Shown in pieces: positions 27,544 through 41,012 of a stretch of 64,000 nucleotides of DNA. Position 1 is the stretch's first letter. The number at the start of each line of letters is the position of its first letter. This DNA is from Eledone cirrhosa. Taxonomy: Eukaryota. A program made the translations under genes and the position numbers. Under the pieces are notes generated by a model. That model was not told where the DNA came from. It was given only the letters and a program-made list of their open reading frames with translations, and did not search any database. Location of the stretch: contig OZ024747.1 in the NCBI GenBank assembly GCA_964016885.1, forward strand, positions 74,958,001 to 75,022,000. Reading direction: 5' to 3'.

Positions 27544-27901
27544 CTCTTAACATCCTGTACCCCATGAAACCGCATTAGCAAGACGTTCTTGGTACACAAC
27601 TGCACAATGACTGCATCACATTAAAAAAGGAAATCTTTGTATTAATGCTGTAAATTTTTATAACAATTTGTCCGCTAGTAAAGATACTATAGGCATGTGA
27701 ATTAAACAGAAATTATCTAAAAACAGGTTTGTTTATGCAAATGTTTATAGTATTTTCTCTAGTGGAAAGATTGTTGTGAAAATTTGCAGTAAACTAAGTA
27801 AAAACTTTATTTTTTCATGTGATGCGGTCATAGTGTTGTTTTATGCTTTCAATAATGTCTTACTAATGTGGTTTCATGTGGTACAGGATGTTAAGAGTTA
27901 A
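27540..27901. mobile_element. TTAA-ended MITE family M3 with long TIRs
   Basis: ttgactcttaacatcctgtaccccatgaaaccgcattag versus ctaatgtggtttcatgtggtacaggatgttaagagttaa. Imperfect pairing continues for about 90 bp. Confidence 0.75.
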
Positions 27902-29604
27902 AAGCATTATTTAAGATTTACATGGGGATGTAAACATTAAAGTAGAATAGGATAAAGTTATCAAAATCAGTCAGGTGTGGGATCTATTGATTTTTAGGCA
28001 TACCTGTATTACAGGTGATTCTATAGAAGGCAGAAATCTGGGCAGAACAATCAATTAAGTACCGAAGACCATTGTGAATTGAAATATAAATATAGATGTA
28101 TCTAGGTACAGACATAATCCTAAGAACAGAGTTTAGCTTAGTTATCAATCATATAGATTAGAGATAAGGTAATTAGAAGGGTGAATATGAAGAAAACGGA
28201 ATCATTATTTAGCGTTTGTCAAAATACAAACCTTGGATAATCGATTTTCACTATATTGATCAGGCATCATATTGTATTGTTATTCTTTACAACAGTGTTG
28301 TCAAATACTATAAAGACTATTGTTCTGTACATGAAGTAGAAATAAATATTGGATAGTATATTTCACTTGAATTGATAAAGCTTAACACTGCCAATACAAT
28401 GTTAACCTTTATAATATTTATTGTCAAGCATTGTAGAAGTAATGCTAAAATAGATTGAAGAGAAAACTGGTTGAAATTAATTCAGATTAGAACATGTATG
28501 TTTGGTCCCGTAACTTCTAATGGAGTCATAAGAACGCCATATTGAGATACTGTGGTACTATTTTTGGAACTGTTGCAAGGTTACTCAACCATTTCTTGAT
28601 TATATTTCTAATGTTTTAATTAATGTGCATTATAATCAAGATTTGTAGGGTTTTAAAATATCTTTCCAAGTCATGATTATCCTCTCTTTTATAGCAAAGA
28701 TGACACTGTTCTTTACTTCTTAAGATGGTAAAGTGTGATTTGAGGGAAATTTGGCTACTATTTCTAGTAGTTGTATTGGTGGTAACCAACTAAATTCTCT
28801 TATTCATGTTTTCATAAGATTTTTTTAAAAGATTGTTTTTAATAAAGATTTTAATTTAAATAGGAACACTTTAGTACAAGTGGTCTTAGGTTGCTCTACT
28901 GAATAGAAGGGCCATGTATGATATATTCTTCTGACCAATATTCTAAGTCTGGTCTGTAGAATTAATGTTTCTGGCAGTGAATTGGCAGAGTTGTTAGAGT
29001 GTAGGACGGCTTGCAGAAGAATATGTTCTGGCTGTTGGTGCTCTGAGTTCAAATCTCAATGACATCATATATTGTCTTCTATCCTTTTGATACTGGCAAG
29101 ATAAGATACCAGGTCAGGGTAGTTGATTGGTAGAATTATTAGAGAGAAGCAGGCATAAAATGTGCATAGGAATAATTATTGTTAATATAAGTCAGTACTG
29201 ATGTGGAGCTGCTGACCTCCCAGGCAGGCTGAGGGGTCTGTATCTTGTTTATCTAAGGTCATAAGTTCTGTTGAATGCAGAGAAGTTGTGTCTGTTGATA
29301 CAAACTGAAGCGTCCTCCCAATAATACATATATATTATTATTCAAAGTCAGACAACTTATATCCCTGCTGAAAGGTCTCCACATAAAATCTGTGGATCTC
29401 CTCAAAAGTTTCCACTGACCTCAATAGGTCTCACCATATAAATCAAAACTAAATGAAACAAATCAAAGCTTAGACATATCTTCTAAACATCACCTCTCCT
29501 TAAAACAGAAAGCTAGAGCTAAAGTCCAATTCTTTAATCTCAAAGATATCAATTAAATGATGGTCAACTTAGAGTGAAAATGTTCATTTATTAAATACCA
29601 TCTT

Positions 29605-30104
29605 TAATTCTTTTGTTACCATTTTTCTAATAAAATTCTTTTGAAAATAATCAATAATTATGAGGAATTTAGTAAATGTAATGAACTTTCTCATTATTAA
29701 GGTTGGTGTTAGGAACATATTTGAAGAAAAGCTTCTTCTTCTTCGCTCACTTATTTCTGAGAGTGTCATGGAGGCAGAGTCCTCAAACACTCCTTTCAGC
29801 AGGTCCTGTCAGAAGCAACTGTCTCCAATTGATTTGGCTGAATCCCCAAGCAAAACCAGCCGAGCTCTCATGGATGTTATCCAACCATCTTGCTTGAAGT
29901 CTGCCCTTGGGTCTCCTGCTGGTTGGTTTTGCCTGTAAAATCTGACCATTCTTTTTTGAGACATTTTAACCACATGTTCATAATAAAAGATTCTTTCATA
30001 AAATTATGATGTGGAGAGAATTTTAGATAAATATAAACACTTGAAAATAAATAGATTTGTTTCATAAAACCAGAGTTTCAGGCAGTTTGGTATCAAAAGG
30101 GTTA
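29605..30104. mobile_element. M1 MITE interrupted by RTE family-2 fragment (~29730-29977, minus)
   Basis: MITE halves flank an insert with a (ctt)n tail. Possible target duplication aaaagcttctt / aaaagattctt. Confidence 0.65.
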
Positions 30105-30247
30105 TGATGACATTGAATTAGGAGAATATTTAGAATAATACATTTGGGCACTGTATGTCTGTGTATTGTAAATGGTGGCTGAAAGTTTGTGAAGAAAGGC
30201 ATCTGGCTATGAAACATTGCCTGAAAATGATGTTGTTGATGTTTTAT

Positions 30248-30476
30248 TTAACCCTTTAGTGTTCAAACCGGCCAAAACCGGCCAGAATTCTCTCACCTCT
30301 TTCTGTTGAAACTAGCAGTAACTGGTCACTCAAACTGATGTTAAGGTATTGTTCTCAAAATAAATACTTTCAAAATCTCATAGATTCGATATTATGTGAG
30401 ATAATTATGTGAGGTAAAGCTTTTACCATGAAAATATAATAGTAAATATAGAGTAATGTGAATGCTAAAGGGTTAA
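30248..30476. mobile_element. TTAA-ended MITE family M2
   Basis: TIRs ttaaccctttagtgttc / gaatgctaaagggttaa. Confidence 0.75.
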
Positions 30477-31233
30477 TGAAAATATGTCAGGAATTTTGGG
30501 TGTCAAATAATCATATTTTATTTTGTCTTGGAGTGTTTCCAGCTTTAGAGATTATAAACAAACTCTTTGCCTTAACATGGTAACTATTTTATCTTGGTTC
30601 TTGGTGAATGGGAATCATTTGCCATCTTTAGAGACCACCATCCTACAACAACAACAACCACTTGTATAGCTATTCATTGTTTATGCAATTGTTTTGTTGT
30701 ATTAAAGCAAAAAAAAAAAAAAAGTCCACCTCCATTGCTGCTAATTCTAAACCACTCAACAGCACAGCCCACACTTTTCCATTCCTGCAGCCCATTCAAT
30801 CATACATCAATGACAATACTTGTCACGTTCTGTAACACTAGATCATAGTGAAACAATTATTAGCCTATTCAAAATGTAAAAGAATTTTGTCACCTGTCTT
30901 TTTAGTCAACCTGGCTCTGAATCAATCATTATTGCTTCTCTTAAAATCTTTTTCCTCGTATTTTGGTTCTGCTGTGAGCAAGACTTCCTTTTATGCCAAT
31001 TTTATTTGAAGAATACACGATTGAGTTTTATTAATCTCTAGCAACACTCCTTCAGTTGCTAATGCATCTGGCTTGGAAATGTTAATTCCCCCTACACAGA
31101 TCTCAATACTGCCTACTCTCTACTACACAAGAAAATCAATTTCCCCTTATTGTTTTCCGTTTGTTTCTCTTCTCTTCAGTTTCCCTTGTGGGTTTTTCTT
31201 GATTTCAGCAGTCTTTAATATCTTATAATAACT

Positions 31234-31276
<43 letters not shown>

Positions 31277-31805
31277 TCATCATTTCACGTCCGCTTTTCC
31301 CTGCTTGCAAGGGTATATATATAATCTACACTTCCACCAAGCATGAACCTAATATAACTGTGTACAATTGCCTCCTGCATTTTGTTAATTCATTTTCAAC
31401 TATATATATATACATACATTGAAAAGAAAACCAAAAGCTGTTAATTATATTTTATTTAACGCACGTATTTTTTCCATGTATATATTTATATATATTATCT
31501 CTCTCTCTATCTATCTATATATATATAGGTTATTATTGGATATTTATAGGATATATATATATATGAGAGAGCGAGAGAGATATGCACTCACATAGACATA
31601 TATTTCTATGTTTCTGCTAAATAACTACTGTTTACCAATAGAACCCATTTTCTTGTCATTCTATAAAAATTATAATATTTGTAGCGTTGGATTTCTGTAT
31701 TTTTCCCTCATCTCAACAATTACATTTATTTATAAACCACACAAAAGAAATAGCCTCAAGATAATCAATGTAAAATCAATCATATGTTACCTTAAATGAT
31801 TATTT

Positions 31806-31993
31806 GCGGTGGATTGGCAGTATCGGTAGAGAGTCGGACACCATGCTTTGAAGCATAGTTACGTCCCTTTATGATCTAAGTTCAAATCCCGCCGAGGTTA
31901 ACTTTGCCTTTCACCTTACGGGGTCGATAAAATAAAGTACCAGTAATGTACTGGGTAATTGCTGGCCTTGTGCCTAAAATAGAAACAATTATT
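31806..31993 (+). mobile_element. SINE family A, full copy (tRNA head plus Meta-like central domain)
   Basis: A-box-like tggcagtatcgg, B-box-like gttcaaatcc, then gcctttcaccttacggggtcgataaaataaagtaccag, and an (att) tail. Confidence 0.82.
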
Positions 31994-32247
31994 TAAAAAC
32001 TGTTTTTCACACAATGGATCTTATCTTATTCCCTCTTTATCTGACCCTTCCTCTTTTGAGTTCAGATAGATATCACAGTTTACATCCCATTACTGTATGA
32101 AAAAAATAATCTGTATGATTCAAGAGTATGTTATGAAAACAATTTGTGTATCTTGTGAAGGAAATAATTAAACCTTTCATTAGCATATTTCTATTGAAAT
32201 ACAGTGCCTAGAAGTTTTTTATTTATTTTGAGAATAATCTAGAAAAT

Positions 32248-32502
32248 TTAACCCTTTCGTTATCATATTTATAACAAAATATCCTGTCTGTGATTTTTCA
32301 ATTAATTTTTAAAATGATAAAAAATCTGGCAGGATTTAGTAATAATAATATTTTTTTTTATAAGCTTGGTGTTTAGAATAGACACGGCATGAGAAAAGCT
32401 TCTTATATAAAATTGTAAGGAGAAGTGTAAATTTAAATATGAACACTTCAAGATAAATGGTTTCTAAACATAGAACCAAGGAGTTTATATTAAAAGGGTT
32501 AA
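32248..32502. mobile_element. M1 MITE copy
   Basis: ttaaccctttcgttatcatatt...taaaagggttaa. Confidence 0.65.
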
Positions 32503-32544
32503 CAGTTTAGTAAAATGAATAACCTTTTCATTATTAAATTGGTG

Positions 32545-32885
32545 TCATCCTCACAGGGACAATAAAATAAAGTACCAGTCATGCACTGGGGTTGCTTTAA
32601 TCGATTTTCCTTGCACCCAAAATTGTTGGCCATGTGCCTAAATCGAAAACCATTAGGAGAAGGGTTGTAGATTGTTAGAATTGGTAGACTGTCGGACAAC
32701 ATGCTTTGCAGCATATTGTTACGTCCCTTTATGTTCTGAGTTCATATCCCGCTGAGGTTAACTTTGCCTTTCATCCTTGTGGGGTTGATAAAATAATGTA
32801 CCAGTAACACACTGGGGTCAATTTAATTGACTTTTCCTTACCCCCAAATTGTAAGCCTTGTGCTTAAATCAGAAACCATTATTAA
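32545..32885 (+). mobile_element. Tandem SINE family A copies
   Basis: ataaaataa(a/t)gtaccag...cactgggg...gtgc(c/t)taaatc appears twice. Confidence 0.7.
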
Positions 32886-33880
32886 GCAGATGTTTGGATC
32901 ATGCCTTCTCAAAAAGCTATTACTTGTACATGATGAACATTAGCAGAGGTGACCTTGGGTGGGCTTGTATCAAAAGAGTTAAGGTTCCACTTCATGGTAG
33001 GGGGGGAAATGAACGACAAGATCCCAGACCTCATTTGTTTTCTAAGTGGGGGGATTTGTCAGATTGGACCAAGGAAACAGGAGTGCAACCTGGCCTTGAG
33101 TTTAGTGGTTTGTTCAGTGTTTTGTGGACAGATAGGAGCAATAAGTTTATTTATATTATGAGTAGAAGATGCTCATGTTACTATACACTGGAATAAAACT
33201 AGTACTTGGTGGTTTTGAGTGAACTTCTAAACCAAACTGTTATTGAAAATTATCCACAATTAATAAAAAATGTAGTTTTACTCGATATTAATCCTTTCGT
33301 GACAGTATTTATAAAGAAATACATTTTATTTTAAATAATTAATGAAGGATTTTGAGGAATTTATTCAGATTTTTATTTACTAAGGTTAACTCATATTTGT
33401 TATACAGAATTATATTAGAAAATTTTAATACAAATAAGACCCCATTTAGTTAGAATGTCTCACAAAAGAATCAGTGGACAAATTTCATATATATATAGGA
33501 AAAGGTTCAGAACCCTGATTTCAGAGCTCAAGCTGTTTTGTCGGCTATTTCTGGACCTCGTTCCTTACCTCACTTCCTTCATTATATATATTATATATAT
33601 TATCGTTATATATATATATTTTTAGTAAATTTACATAAATTATGTCTGTTGGTGCTATTGTTTCCAATAAATACCAGCCACTTCCTCATTCATCCAGCTT
33701 AATGACAGATCCATAGAACAGCTAAGTTCTCCTCCTCTTCCTCCTCCTACTTGTCCTTGTTTTCTTTGTTGTTGTCGTCCTCCTCCTCCTCTTCCATATC
33801 TCTCCTCCTCATCCTCTTCTATCTCAAGAGGTAGTCTAGATAAATTTCTCTTCTGAAACATTATCATTGGTAATTTCTCC

Positions 33881-34145
33881 TGCCCATAAAACCTGTCCAG
33901 TGATTATTTCCCGAGACATTCTAATCCCCTGACCATACTATCGGAGCTGTGATTATGGGCAAAACCAACTGGTAGGAGATCCATGGGTAGACTCAAAGCA
34001 AGATGGTTGGATAACATATATGTGCTCTTGCTTGGGAATCCAGTTGGATCAGTTGGAAATTGTTGATTTTGACAGGACCCACTGGAAGGAGTGTTCAAAA
34101 AATCAGCCCCCGTGACCTTCTCAGGAATAAGTGGACAAAGAAGAA
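33881..34145 (+). mobile_element. RTE family-2 3' fragment with inverted 5' segment
   Basis: 33953-34145 is element sense (WAKPTGRRSMGRLKARWLDN...ggaataagtgg). 33881-33953 is the immediately upstream element sequence in antisense. Confidence 0.75.
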
Positions 34146-34319
34146 CTTTTGAAAATATTCCCTGTTATTGAAATGGCAAAGAAGCTTCTTCAGATGTATA
34201 TCTGTCTTTGATTATCATGGGTGAAAAGCACTTTGGTAGCTGGATTATTAAACCATTTATATAATTTATGTTTGGTCAGTGGCACAATTTCACTGCTTGC
34301 CATAGGCACTAGTTATCCC

Positions 34320-34872
34320 TCTGGTTACACCCTTTTATGTTCTGAGTTCAAATTCTGACATGGTCACCTTTGTCTTTCGTCCTTCTGGGGGTCAGTATAA
34401 TAAAATACTAAGGTTGATTTAATTGATTAAGTTTCTCCCTCAACATTTCTGTTTTTGTGTCTATGTTAGAATCTTGGAAACCATTATTGGGGAGATTGCC
34501 AGAATTGTTATAGCACCAGAAGAAATTCTCTGCAGTATTTGTTCTAACTCTTAATGTTCTCAGTTCATCATATTTCGTGATGATAAAATAAAGTACCAGT
34601 AATGCACTGGGGTAATTGCTGGCCTTGTGCCAAAAGTAGAAACAATTATTAGGGTGGTGGATTGGCAGAATCGGTAGAGCGTCGGACAACATGTTTAGTG
34701 GCACAGAGTTGCTGCCTTTTATGTTCTGAGTTCAAATCCCGCCAATGTTAGTTTTGCCTTTCATTCTTACGAGGTCGATAAAATAAAGTACCAGTAATGC
34801 ACTGGGTCAATTTAATCGACTTTCCCCCCAAAAAAAAATTGTTGGCCTCATGCATAAATCAGGAACCATTAT
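34320..34872 (+). mobile_element. Cluster of three tandem SINE family A copies
   Basis: gttctgagttcaaat and aataaagtaccag motifs repeat. Best copy is 34652-34872. Confidence 0.72.
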
Positions 34873-35335
34873 TAATATTTTTAGTTTAATGAACCAATTA
34901 GTATAATACAGTTAGTGTTATTTAAGAGAGTAGGGTGGGGTGGAGTGGAAGAATGTTTTTGGTTAATTTGATCATTGTTCTGTTGTATTGGGTGAGGGTG
35001 GGGGAGAGGGTTGAGGAGAGTGAGGGTGGAGGAGAAAGAGTGTGCATAATAAATGTTTGCTGTTAAGTAATTAGATAATGTTTAATTATGTATTGCCACG
35101 ACCCCCACCCCCTCCCATTTCTATGACAAATTTTAAGTACTTTTCACAATTTCATACAAAAATATATTTAATTAATTTGTTATCCATTGTACATTAATTA
35201 ATTTGACTCTAAAACTGTAACCCTGCAACAATTAGATATATCAATTTTATATATATATATATATATATATATGTGTGCGTGTGTGTGCGCGTTTCTGAAT
35301 ATATATATACATGCATAAATGTATGTATACGTGCA

Positions 35336-35368
<33 letters not shown>

Positions 35369-35695
35369 ATACACCCCCCCCCCCCCACACACACACACTC
35401 TTATCAATTTGAAAAAGTGTTCTGTGTGGCCAATATCATACAAAATTAATACAAAAAAAAAGGTTGGTGAAGACAACGAGGAAAATGAACGAAACACAGT
35501 ACAGTTCCTTCTCTTCAGTTGACTGTGAGGTCATTCCTCATGATTGATACCACAAGACAGTTACTGTCCCATGTACACTTGATTAGTAGTATTCACCATA
35601 AAACACCAAAACTATAAGGACCTCCAGCTGATGAGTAGGGACTGTTCGGTGTTTCATCTGTTTTTCTGTTATATATATATATGTATCTATCTATC

Positions 35696-35783
35696 TGATA
35701 ACATTTTACACGTTTTTATTGTATGTAAACTTCCCCCTTTGTATTTGTCCCCTTCTTTTGTGCCCCTGTGGCTAATAAAGAAA
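35696..35783 (+). mobile_element. 88-bp 3' end of the Tx1 LINE
   Basis: Identical by eye to 44231-44318. Flanked by tatctatctatc and tatatctatc. Confidence 0.85.
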
Positions 35784-35793
35784 TATATCTATC

Positions 35794-35826
<33 letters not shown>

Positions 35827-37691
35827 ATATAACATTTTTTTAAAAATACACTCATTAACAATTTCAACAAGTTATTCTATATTTTCTTCATTTTAATTCA
35901 TTTGTCGAGTTTTGTCTTGTTTTGGTGCTGATGGTGATGATGGAGGGGGATGTTCTACTACTACTATTACCTTCGCCATCACTACTACTACTACCACTAC
36001 TACTTGTATCTATTGGTAACACTGTTGTGGCTATTCGTAGATAGTGAGTCATCTCTGTCCAGAAAATAATACTATTTACAATTACACTGTTTCTCTTTCT
36101 CTTTCTCTCTCTCTCTGTGTAAAGGAGATATCTGTATAGGTTTGAATAATGGGAGAACAAGGTTAATATTTCCATCAGTATAAGGGGTTTGATCTCCTTT
36201 AAAACAGCAATTCCAACCGAATATTATGTGATCCACAGATTCCTAGGAATCGGTGTCCTTCTTAAGCAGACAAACCTTTCAAAAGCCTGAGGACTGTTTA
36301 TATTATATAGAGTCCTTGATAGTGAAATGGTTGAGAACTACTGTTTTAGAAATAACTCTATATATATAGGAAACTCTACATGTATCTCTAATTGAGGATT
36401 GAACCCCAGAGCAGGTTCCCCACCGCCTCTAAGACGTCCCACTAGGCCACTTCAATACTACAACACTGCATATACATATAAGGCGTGAAACTAATAAACC
36501 TTTGTTTGTACTGCCTCTCTGTTTTTGTTCCCATTCCAGTTTTCACTATATATATATACATATATATATATCATTAAAATCATTTAATGTTCACTCTCTT
36601 TCTCTGCTAGCAAGGGTTAGATGGGTCACCACAAACCAAGTCAATACTTAATGAGAGCCACTAATCTCACACTCTACAGAGTGTACCTTGTATGTTATTG
36701 TGGCACGAACACTAGGGTGGTTTGTCCTTCCTTTGGTTGTCTGGTTAGATGTCCTTCCTATCATGCAGAGATCAACTTTGCTTCTGTTACTTCTAGGGTC
36801 TGTTTGTAAAATACATTACTAGTCAAGTACTGAGGTAGGTTTAATTTACTATATCTCTCCTCACTCCAGATTTCTGTGCTTGTACAAATATTGAGAGTCG
36901 AAATCAACCGACCCTAGACCTCATTTGCTTACTGATTTGGGTGGAACTTGTCAGATCGGACTAAGGAAACAATGTTTCCAACGGTCTTTCCAATTTCTAA
37001 TACTATCTACCAGTTGATAACAATCAATTATGAAATTGTTTCTTTATAATTATGAATGGTAAAGTACCATTCGAGGGTGGTGAGCTGGCGCCATTGTTAA
37101 ATATGATGCCCTGTAGTATATGTTCCAGTTATGTGGATTCTGAGTTCAAATCCTGTCTTGTTACCATCAAAATTGAGGCATGGTAAAACTGTGGCCCCTA
37201 TCATTAAAACATCCAAGAAACCTTCTTTGTGATGCAATCTCTTTGGGGGTCGGCAAATCCTTTGTTAACAAATACAACAACAATAACCACATTGGTAATG
37301 CAGATTTTGATACCTTGTTAATATTTTTGAAATTAATATAGGACTGAGGTGTCTTTTTAGGGGTCAGTGGACAGAGGTGTGTGTCTTTTTAGGGGTCAGT
37401 GGCCTATGGATATCTGCTTTTGTTGAATATAAAATAGTATTGAAAGAGCCAATGAACTCCCCCCTTTCTTTCCTTCTCTATCTAATTGTCCATGCTCTTC
37501 TCTTCTTTTTTTCTCATTAATGGCATTTATAGTCCTTTCCAATACTGCTTTCTCTTTCTGTATGTTTAACCAATTTACAGTTATATCAACAATGAAATAT
37601 TTTGAAATATTTAGTTTGGTTTATCTAGGTTTTGTGTTTATATCGTTATATTGTACTGGTAATTCCTTTCATCTAGAGAATAGAGATCAGT

Positions 37692-39447
37692 GGCACATCT
37701 AGAGTAACATCACAATGACTGACTGTACCAGTGGCACCCTAACTACTGGCTGCACCAGTGGCACCCTAACTACTGGCTGCACCAGTGGCACCCTAACTAC
37801 TGGCTGCACCAGTGGCACCCTAACTACTGGCTGCACCAGTGGCACATCTTGAATGGAACCCCAATGACTGGTTCCACCAGTGGCATATATAGAGCGGATC
37901 CCCACTGAGTGATTGCACCAGTGGCACCCCAACTACTAGCTGTACCAGTCGCACATTTAGAGTAGCACCCCAATGACTGACTGTACCAGTGGTACCCCAA
38001 TGACTGACTGTACCAGTGGCACCCCAATGACTGACTGTACCAGTGGGACTGACTGTACCAGTGGGACTGACTGTACCAGTAGCACCCCAATGACTGACTG
38101 TACCAGTGGGACTGACTGTACCAGTAGCACCCCAATGACTGACTGTACCAGTGGGACTGACTGTACCAGTAGCACCCCAATGACTGACTGTACCAGTGGG
38201 ACTGACTGTACCAGTAGCACCCCAATGACTGACTGTACCAGTGGGACTGACTGTACCAGTGGCACCCCAATGACTGACTGTACCAGTGGGACTGACTGTA
38301 CCAGTAGCACCCCAATGACTGACTGTACCAGTGGGACTGACTGTACCAGTGGCACCCCAATGACTGACTGTACCAGTGGGACTGACTGTACCAGTAGCAC
38401 CCCAATGACTGACTGTACCAGTGGGACTGACTGTACCAGTGGTACACCAATGACTGACTGTACCAGTGGGACTGACTGTACCAGTGGCACCCCAATGACT
38501 GACTGTACCAGTGGGACTGACTGTACCAGTGGTACCCCAATGACTGACTGTACCAGTGGGACTGACTGTACCAGTGGCACCCCAATGACTGACTGTACCA
38601 GTGGGACTGACTGTACCAGTAGCACCCCAATGACTGACTGTACCAGTGGGACTGACTGTACCAGTGGCACCCCAATGACTGACTGTACCAGTGGGACTGA
38701 CTGTACCAGTGGCACCCCAATGACTGACTGTACCAGTGGGACTGACTGTACCAGTAGCACCCCAATGACTGACTGTACCAGTGGGACTGACTGTACCAGT
38801 GGCACCCCAATGACTGACTGTACCAGTGGGACTGACTGTACCAGTAGCACCCCAATGACTGACTGTACCAGTGGGACTGACTGTACCAGTAGCACCCCAA
38901 TGACTGACTGTACCAGTGGTACCCCAATGACTGACTGTACCAGTGGGACTGACTGTACCAGTGGTACACCAATGACTGACTGTACCAGTGGGACTGACTG
39001 TACCAGTGGCACCCCAATGACTGACTGTACCAGTGGGACTGACTGTACCAGTGGCACCCCAATGACTGACTGTACCAGTGGGACTGACTGTACCAGTGGT
39101 ACCCCAATGACTGACTGTACCAGTGGGACTGACTGTACCAGTGGCACCCCAATGACTGACTGTACCAGTGGCACCCCAATGACTGACAGTACCAGTGGCA
39201 CCTCAACGACTAGCTGTACCAGTGGCACATCTAGAGTAGCACTCCAATGACTGACTGTACCAGTGGTACCCCAATTACTAGCTGTACCAGTGGCACATCT
39301 AGAGTAGCACTCCAATGACTGACTGTACCAGTGGTACCCCAATTACTAGCTGTACCAGTGGCACATTTAGAGTAGCACTCCAATGACTGACTGTACCAGT
39401 GGTACCCCAATTACTAGCTGTACCAGTGGCACATTTAGAGTAGCACC
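37692..39447. repeat. Higher-order minisatellite (45-bp core = 27+18 bp; 27-bp and 68-bp flanking units)
   Basis: Core unit atgactgactgtaccagtggg-actgactgtaccagt(g/a)gcacccca. 68-bp units at 39231, 39299 and 39367. Confidence 0.95.
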
Positions 39448-40145
39448 CAACAACGACTGCAGCTGTTGCAGCAACATGATTGATTGTATGATATAAAACA
39501 AATTTTGATTCAGTTGCTTTAAAATCACAACTGCAAACATAAGACGTTGGAGACATAGCTGACAGTTTGTATTAGTTGTTTATGAGATTAACACTATTGT
39601 TAATCTTGTATTTGGTGTCTGGGTAGAACACTGTGGTCTGTGTTAATTTAGTGGAGTAGCCAGCTGTTGAGAATAGGCAATAAAAACTATAGGAAAGTTA
39701 CCTACAAAGGTATGTCATGTCAAGTAGATTAATTTCTTATTCATTTCACATTATAACACCAGGGCTAAGCTACGACCTTTAACCCTTTAATTACCATATT
39801 TCTAATTAAAACCACTGCCTATAATTTTGAAAATAATCAAGAGGGATTTAGTAATATTAACTTTCTCATTATTAACGCACTGCGGTTGGTTTAATCAACT
39901 TTCCCTTGGCCCCAAACTGCTGGCCTTGTGCCTAAATCAGAAACTATTATTATTATCAAGTTTGTCTTTCATCCTTTTGTAGGTCAATAACAAAGTACCG
40001 GTCATTTGCTGGAGTCAATGTAATTGACTGACCCCCCCCCCCCCCCCCCCACCACACACACACACACAGAAGTTGTTGGCCTTGTTTCTAAATTAGAAAT
40101 CATCATTATTATTATTATTTATAACAACCAACTTTAATGTTGCGT

Positions 40146-40248
40146 TAGGTCAGTGATTTTAGGGAACACTGGGCTACACCTAGTAAACCTAGGTCAGTTA
40201 TTTTAGGGAACACTGGGCTACACCTAGTAAACCTAGGTCAGTTATTTT
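40146..40248. repeat. 44-bp tandem duplication (2.3 copies)
   Basis: taggtcagttattttagggaacactgggctacacctagtaaacc starts at 40146 and 40190, partial at 40234. Confidence 0.85.
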
Positions 40249-40397
40249 CTTCTGAAATGGTTCAATCCGTGGACATGTCTTCTGAAATGGTTCAATCCCT
40301 GGACATGTCTTTTGGAATGTTTCAACCCTGGACATGTCTTCTGGAGCAGTTCAATCCTTGGACATGTCTTCTGGAATGGTTCAATCCTTGGACATGT
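40248..40397. repeat. 30-bp tandem repeat, 5 copies
   Basis: Unit tcttctggaatggttcaatccttggacatg. Confidence 0.88.
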
Positions 40398-40449
40398 CTT
40401 CTGGAGTGGTTCAATCATTATTATTATTATTGTTATTATTATTATTATT

Positions 40450-41012
40450 ACTTTGATATCTCAGTCATTGATGTTGTTTAACTGGAAAATGTGTCCAACT
40501 TCAGGTATTTAGGACAAATTGGAGGTTCCTTACTGTTCCCAGTAGGCAAGCTTTCTGGAGTGTTAAAAAAAAAAAAAAAAATAGGGGCTGGGCTAATGTT
40601 CTTTAACCATCCTTGGAAGCTCTTCGAGATAGTTCCTAGTGCTCCTATGACAATCGGGATGACCTTGATCTCATGACAGTCCCAAATCCTTTTCAGCTCC
40701 CACTTTAGATCCTGGTATCGGTTAATTTTCTCCTCCTTTTCTTACACTCTTGTATCAAAGGGGCAAGCTACATCTATAATCAAGCAAGATCATTTTTCCT
40801 TGTCCAAAACCACCAGGTCAGGCCTATTGTGTTCTAATTCTTTGTCTGTTTCTATCCTAAAATCCCACAGAAACTTCACCTGATTGTTTTCTATCACCGA
40901 CTCTGGCTTATGCTCGTACCACTTCTCAGAATATGGTAAATTTAGTTTACATAAATGCCAGTGAATCACTTTTCCTATCATATCATGCCTCCATCCATTA
41001 TTTTTACTGGAT
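40450..41012 (-). mobile_element. R4/Dong-like non-LTR element 3' fragment (restriction-like endonuclease), degenerate
   Basis: RHDMIGKVIHWHLCK, LWDFRIETDKELEHNRPDLVVLDK, IIDVACPFD and IPIVIGALGTI give the RHD and PD..D motifs. The 3' end abuts a (TAA)n tract at 40398-40450. Confidence 0.82.

Noticed and set aside
31806-31890. tRNA genes at SINE heads (also 12671, 50926, 59936)
   Set aside because: A/B-box-like motifs are present but no complete cloverleaf, and each continues into a SINE body.
33005-33095. Diverged ~90-bp repeat also seen at ~36900-36985
   Set aside because: Similarity is visible but boundaries and class could not be determined.
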